Shown here one piece after another: positions 56,011-64,000 of a DNA stretch of 64,000 nucleotides. The DNA is taken from the NCBI RefSeq assembly GCF_009914755.1, contig NC_060938.1, one strand, 5' to 3'. Numbering within the stretch: the first letter of the stretch is position 1; each line of letters starts with the position of its first letter. This DNA comes from the human T2T-CHM13v2.0 reference genome, Homo sapiens. The notes under the pieces are model-generated. The model did not search any database and was not told where the DNA came from. It was given only the letters and a program-made list of their open reading frames with translations. A program made the position numbers and the translations under genes.

Positions 56011-57269
56011 AGGACCAGAATGGTAACAGTGGTTTTGAATCTAATGACCATCATAACAATACTGTCAGAATCTTCTCCCTTCCTCCAATTCCAAACCACC
56101 TGGAAGACCAGCGGGAAAGGCAAAGCTAAAATCATGAAACCAGCCCAAAAATGTATGAAGTCATTGATGAAAATAAACTATGAACTCTTTTAACCTTGTC
56201 TACGTCAAATCATGCCTAAGTTTTTTTCTACAATAAGATAATCAGGTATGGGTAGAAGAGTGCTTTTAGGAAGTTCTCTTTTTCCATTTGATTTGAAAAT
56301 GTTCGGTTTTAACGACCACTAGAAAAAGAATTTTGGTTTTGGTAAAGCCATACTTTCTCTGTAATGTGACTGTACTTCTAGCCCATAAGAAGGCCAGAAT
56401 AAATTAAAAGTAAGGCCTAAAAATATTTCCAGTGGGATATCCCCCATTGGCTATGGAATCCCACCTTTCCCCTCCACCTTGATTAACACTCCACAAACAT
56501 GGGGAATATCTGCTCAGGCTCTGAATTGAGACACCAACCCTCCTAGAAGACAACAATTTCCACTCAAACAACTGGTCCTCCTTGCCTTCTTGTCAGCACC
56601 ACACGCTGAGGGAGGCTGTGTTTGGTCTCTTAATCAGGCCTTGCTGACGGGCTGACATCACTGCAAACGTTTTCACTTACTCTTTGGCAACAGTTAAATC
56701 CTTGCCAAAGGCCAGTCAGTAAGTCGGAAAGTGTTGTGAGAGAGAGGCTGGGGGAGTCGGAGTGTGAGTGTCAGCTAGCAGTCTGTGGTGATGACAGCAG
56801 GGAGATCTAGGTGCTGAAACCATTTTAAAGGTCACTCTGTGGCAGAACAAAAGACCTCTGATTTAGAAAAGGAAACAGAACTCTGGGCCATTGAAGCCCT
56901 GGGATGCCGCCCTCTGAGCACTCTGCAAATTCATCATCTGCTCCCTGATTGTGAAGACTGGGGAGGAACTGTTACTTTACAACCCAGTACAGCTTCTGCC
57001 AGCAACTGTGTGGCTTAGCAGTGGTACAGAATAATCTGGTAAGATAGAAATGCCAAATAATGTATCCATGGTCCAACTGCCTGTTGTTTTTAAAACTATT
57101 GAAATAAGTCACTGCCTGTTCTTCTTCGGTATTCTTTCTCCTTACCCTTCATCCTTTAATTTTCAAACTTGAATTGCTAAATAATCTAAATTTAAAGTTC
57201 TTAGCTACATAGCATAATGTTTCTGTAAAAAGAGATTACATATACTTGATGACTAAAAATTTATGAATA

Positions 57270-57978
57270 TTCATATGTGGAAGCTAAAAAAGTTGATCTA
57301 ATAGAAGCACAGAGTAGAATAATGGTTACTAGAGGCTGGGAAATGTAGTGAGAAGGGGAGAACGGTTAGAGGTGGATTAAAGGGCTGGGTGCAGTAGCTC
57401 ACACCTGTAATCCCAGCACTTTGGGAGGCCGAGACAGATGGATCATTTGAGGTCAGGAGTTTGAGACCAGCTTGGCCAACATAGTGAAATCCTGTCTCTA
57501 CTAAAGATATAAAAAATTAGCTGGGTGTGGTGGCGGCCACCTGTAATGCCAGCTACTCTGAGGCAGGAGAATTGCTTGAACCGGGGTGGGGGTGGGGGTG
57601 GAGGTTGCAGTGAGCTGAGATTGTGCCACTGCACTCCAGCCTGGGTGAGAGAGCTTTTTTTATTTATTTTTACTTTTATTTTATTTTATTTTTAAAAAAA
57701 GAGGTGGGTTAATGGGCACAAAATTACAGCTAAGTGGGATGAAAAATTCTAGTGCTCCATAGCACTGTAGGATGACTATAGCTAACAATAATATATTCTA
57801 TACTTTCAGATAGCTAGGAGAGATGTTTAATGTTTCTAATACAAGAAATGATAAATGTTTGAGGTGATGGATCTGTTAATTACTTTGATTTCATCACCAT
57901 ACATTGCATGTATTGAAGTGTCACTACATACCCCATAAATCTGTACAACTATGTCAATTTAAAAAAATCAATTAAAAT
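57270..57978 (+). mobile_element. L1MA 3' UTR split by an Alu
   Basis: 'atatgtggaagctaaaaaagttgatct...agagtagaataatggttactagaggctgggaa', 'aagaaatgataaatgtttgaggtgatgga'. Confidence 0.88.
57383..57699 (+). mobile_element. AluS with aberrant T-rich 3' end
   Basis: Alu body to 57654, T-rich 57655-57693, then A7. TSD 'agaggtgg(a/g)ttaa' at 57368-57380 and 57700-57712. Confidence 0.92.
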
Positions 57979-60089
57979 GTATGAGTATGATATACTAAAG
58001 TTAACAAACCATTTTTAAAAGAAACACAGATTATTTAAGAATAATAGTAGTATGTCCATGCCTGAATTAAGATAATCTCTTCTCACATTTTCTTTCCAAA
58101 TCAGGAGAAGACTTGGAAGAAGAAAATGTCTTCAGCCTATGGAAGCCATATTCTAGACCTAGGTCCATTGCTTTTAAGGCATGCCAGATAAATTTGCTAT
58201 AGTTTATTCTCCAAATTCTAACTTATTCTATTACTTTTTTCTTGTCCCCCAACCCCCAACCCCTTTTTTTCTAGCTAAAGAGGAAACTTGCTGCAACATC
58301 ATTAAAAAGCCCAGGCAGGCCATGGCTGAACTCTGGCAGTGTGGGAGCAAGAGCGGCTGGGACTCTCTGCTTTCCTTGTCATCACCACATAAAAACAAGG
58401 GAGCACTCGAGGGAGGTCCAGTGGGTACCAGGAAGGGCCTCTTTGCTAAAACAAAAAGAAGGGGAGTGAAGGCAGTCAAGGCACCACTCACGGAACTCAT
58501 CACAGAAGTCACAGTGCACATTTGGTGCCTACCATAAAAGGAACTTGGGCAAACCAGGCTTACAAACTCAATCAACACCCAATAATCGACACAAAATGAA
58601 TCTGCATGGCAGATTATCTGCTCAGGGGTCTGAGATGTAGATCTCATCTGAGCGAAGACTCAGCCAGATGTGAACTCCACCAGATCTGTAGTCTGATAAA
58701 AGCAACCAGCCCCAGGATCAGGCAACAGTGATGTCAGAACCATCCACTGCATTCCAGCTTGGCAATGCTGGGTGGATGAATTGGTCTCTGTTAGATGGTG
58801 CAGGAGAGTTGAGAGGGGAGAGAAAAAGCAGCAGCAACTACTGGGCTTCATGAAGTTGGAATTTTGTTAAGTTGGAAGTTTAGGAGGAGGATGATGATTG
58901 GTCAAATAATTAGATTCATGGCTGTGGGAAGAGTCAGCTCTTCCATTGTTTCTTCAAACCAATATCCCCCCACCCACACTTCCACATGAGGGTGAGGGAC
59001 GGTTTCCAGAGACTACTTTGCTCAGGGGGTTTTCTACAGGGACAGGTCTTTCTATTTTCAGACAGCCTATTTTCATGGCTTTAAAACCACCCAGCCATGT
59101 TAGACTAGGCAAACCACTTTTTGAAAAGTAGACCCACTAAGACACTGAATTGAGCCAAACACCTTGGAGTCCACTGATAAAAAGAAAATGTCCAAATCTT
59201 ACTAAGTTGTAGAGCTGTGGGCATCACACTTCCTTTGTCTGTGTCACAAGCCACTCATTCCCCTTCTTAATGAAAACAAGAGGGAGTGAGTATACCTCCT
59301 GGGGCTGTGCCATTTGTGCCGTCTGAAAGGCACTTAAATGAGTGGCACATTATCTCACACATCTGGAGTTTACCAAATTAGCCAATTATGCTCGAGCTCA
59401 TAAAACGAGGCCTTAAATGTCATTTAACTAGAAAATATTATAATCACCAAGTGGTCTGATTGTAAGATGATACCTGGGGCAGCATCAGTGGTTACAGAAA
59501 ACAAATCGTGAAACTAAACACAGTTCAAATGCCCCCCAAATGCAACCACATATTTTCTACAGCAATACTTTCTGAAGAATACCATATTTCTGAAGGCACC
59601 AGCAATCAACATGTTTCTCATTTGAAGCTAAGCTTAATCTGACCTAGTTGTTTCCTAGTTATTTGCCTTGAGCAAACCAATGCCCAAGAATTTTTCACAT
59701 AAGAGAGCTAAGGAACAAACAGGATGAAAATCGACTGACTGAAAACCATGAACTTATCAGAAATACAGAGCTAATTATAAAGGATGGGGCAATGATTAGA
59801 TTGAGTCTTGAGTTGCCAGAGCTTTGTAGTGCTGCCTCAGAATCACCAAGATTTGCTTGACTGAACATATACTAGTCTCAGAGCTTTCGTACATTACTTG
59901 AAGGAGGATATAAAGCTGCTTTAAGTCGCTGTGTGATTTGAGGCTAGGAATATCAAAGACTTCAGAATAGCCATTTAAAGATTAGCCATTCACAGCCATT
60001 ATTTCCATATTATCTTCTTTCCAGCCAATAAATAACAAAATTTGATCCTCAGTGGAAGATCAAATACAGTCTAACGGAGAAACCATGGT

Positions 60090-60250
60090 TATACCTGCGT
60101 GGCTTTGGGTAAGTTATTTAACTTCAGTTACCTTATACAAAACATGGGCATGAGGATTCTATGTTGTGTTAATAGTGCTGTGTTGATAAAAATTTATGCA
60201 AAAAAATTCTAGCATAGTTCATGGTACACTGAAGAAAATAAATATTAGTT
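60090..60250 (+). mobile_element. MIR
   Basis: 'gtggctttgggtaagttatttaacttcagtt'. Confidence 0.6.
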
Positions 60251-62142
60251 TTATGTCTTTCTCTACCTACATCACCAGAGTATCTTGAGTTCTGTTTAAC
60301 TCCTATTTTTGCCTTATTTCAGGAAGAATGGCCATTCAAGCACTTTCAGAGGAGGCAGAGTGGTAGATGGGAAGACTGTTCTGGGTTTACAATGACATAA
60401 TGTATAGTCCCCTCACCCACCTGTGAACATTTCAATCACTCTTTTTAAAGGAATAACAAGTACAAAAGAGACTAGGCCAACTTTCATAAGATGCTCTGAG
60501 ATAAAGGGGAAGTGAGGCGTGATGCATGGACACATGGTAAATAGAGATATCTGCCACTGTTTGCCAGATGAGTTTACAAAACCAACGCTATTTGTTTTAA
60601 AGGCAGCTAATTAACTAGGCTGTATCTTTATGTCTTCTGGGCTCACTTTATTACGGTAGATGGACCTATTTATTTCTGTCAAACCAGACACAGATGAAAA
60701 GTTGTGGTGATGATGAAGGTACTCTCAACAGTGATATTTCTTTACTGCTTCATTTTCTATGAGTTCTCTCTTCTGTGTTACAGAAAACAGTGTCTTTTGT
60801 AAAAACTAGCTAAGTATGAGGATTCCATATAATAGAAATCCTTACTTGGAGTTTGGAATGCCTCTCTTTTTAAGCTTTAATCTCACTTCTGTAAAGCTGT
60901 GTTGAAAAGCCATGTCTTTCATAAGACATGGTTTTTATTAAAAAGTACAATGTATTTACGCTTTTTAAGAAGAAAAAAATGTTAGAAACAGTAAAGGGAT
61001 TTGGACTCATGTGGTTGAGCTATTGTCTCTTGAAAGCAAGTGAATTCTGAGCAGAGAGCTGAGGAATTGCATCTCTAAGAATGGTGGAGAGAACCATTTC
61101 ATTTTCTTAATGCTGGGGAAATGGGAGATCTGTGCAGATTTTAAGTGTATTAACAGACTTTAATGTTTTTAAATAAAAGAAAAGGACAAGCTCTCAAAAC
61201 CTTTAACTTGGAGGAGATAGGAAAAACCAGGAGAGGCGAATTCTCCTAATTATGTCAACAGTCAAAATTGACTAGTGCTATCTTCCCTGCAGGCCACAGG
61301 CCAAACTGGCCTCTATGCACCTGAGTAGGAAAGACATCTTTGAAAACGGAGTGACTCTAAAAACTAAATAAGAAAGTCAAAAGAACTTCTTTGACTAGGG
61401 AAAAAAATTAACACAACATGTGTTAAAAGGCTTTTGTCTTCTTTTCTTCTCTTTCGTTTCTTTTTTTGTTTTTTCTTTCGTTTAACCCAGGGCTATGAAA
61501 TGCTCTTGCTCTGTATAAAAAATAACAGGGAGCTTTTTATTTTGTATTTTAAAAAATATTTCCATCTCTAAGACGAGAGCTCTTTGGCTTTTGGCTAACA
61601 GCATGTCCAGATCTAAAGGCATCACAGGAAGAATGTCAATTTGCTCTAGAAGCAATTATACATACAGTATTGAAAAAGGCCAATTCCACTATGTAAGGAC
61701 CACACATACTGTATGTTTGTTATATTATTTGATATCAAAGCAGAAGCAGAAACATCAAATTCTTCCCAAAACACACATGAATTGAAGATCTTGGCTAAGG
61801 AACTGCCACGTTCAATTCAGGGATATCTGTTACAGCTTACAGATCTCAGTAATGCTGACATTACTGTTTTGCAGGAAAGGGATACTTTCATTGGCTATGT
61901 AATAAACTATGATTTTCTTAACTTTCTTGTCATAATATAAAGGTTTATATTATCAACGTAGGGCATTTAGGTACCACATCACCAGAGTAATAGCTAAGAA
62001 CTTGTTGACTTTTGTCACTAGGTGACCTCAAAATATTTAATCAAGCATCAAGATCATTATCATAACTTCAGAGAGGTTAGTCTATAGAAGAGTTATCATC
62101 TCTGTTTCATTTTGCATCATTATGATGTTGGTGTGATGACTT

Positions 62143-62610
62143 CCATTCATTTGTTTAGCATACTTACTGAGTGTCTCTACTCAGTGCCAGACACAAGTAT
62201 AAGGAATACAGAGCTAATTGGGACATGACCCTTAGGAAATATATTCTTGGGATGGGAAAGGGGAGATAGAAAATGAGCTTCACAAACCAGGATGGTGCGT
62301 GCTATATTTTATACAGCATATGTAGAGAAAGAAAAGAGTGGGGGAAATAATTCAGCATATGATAGAGAAAAGAGGGTCAGGGAGGGTGAAATATGAAGTC
62401 ACTTTTAAATGAAGAGGGATAGTTTCTAGGGGAGGTTTGGGGATAGGGTCCTTCAGGAATAAGGAAGAGCATGGAAAAGCCCTGAGCATGTGAGAGACCA
62501 GAGTGTGGCAAACCATCTGCTATTCCTAGAGCAGATCTGAGTGTGAAGAAGGATCATGCCACAAAAGCTCTGCACACCATGACAAGAAGCTTGAACTCCA
62601 TACCATGAGG
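62143..62610 (-). mobile_element. L2
   Basis: 'cattcatttgtttagcatacttactgagtgtctctactcagtgccagacac'. Confidence 0.65.
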
Positions 62611-62644
62611 TATATTTTTATATATTTCCCAAATACTCTGAAGA

Positions 62645-64000
<1,356 letters not shown>

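Noticed and set aside
58181-58647. Overlapping 118-aa and 138-aa ORFs on opposite strands
   Set aside because: No recognisable homology, and no poly(A) or TSD to suggest a processed pseudogene.

Overview
AT-rich, CpG-depleted primate genomic DNA, almost certainly human or great ape given the AluY and L1PA2-type elements. I could not identify the locus. I see no credible protein-coding gene, rRNA, tRNA, CRISPR array or CpG island. The listed ORFs are short and are explained by Alu, L1 and simple repeats or by chance. A large share of the window is interspersed repeat (10 Alu/FLAM, about 10 L1 pieces, 5-6 LTRs, many L2/MIR, DNA-transposon remnants), often nested and with visible target-site duplications (TSDs). 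Subfamily names are from memory of consensus sequences and most boundaries are approximate. I cannot support a new biological system here. The most notable observations are: (1) a 251-bp near-identical dispersed duplication (6906-7156 / 8712-8962) with junction microhomology; (2) a fold-back inversion copied three times inside an old L1; (3) an Alu with an inverted, T-rich tail; (4) two (GGAA)13-14 microsatellites 3.7 kb apart; (5) a strong plus-strand bias of retroelements, hinting at a minus-strand host transcript; (6) several unique-sequence blocks that look like developmental enhancers.
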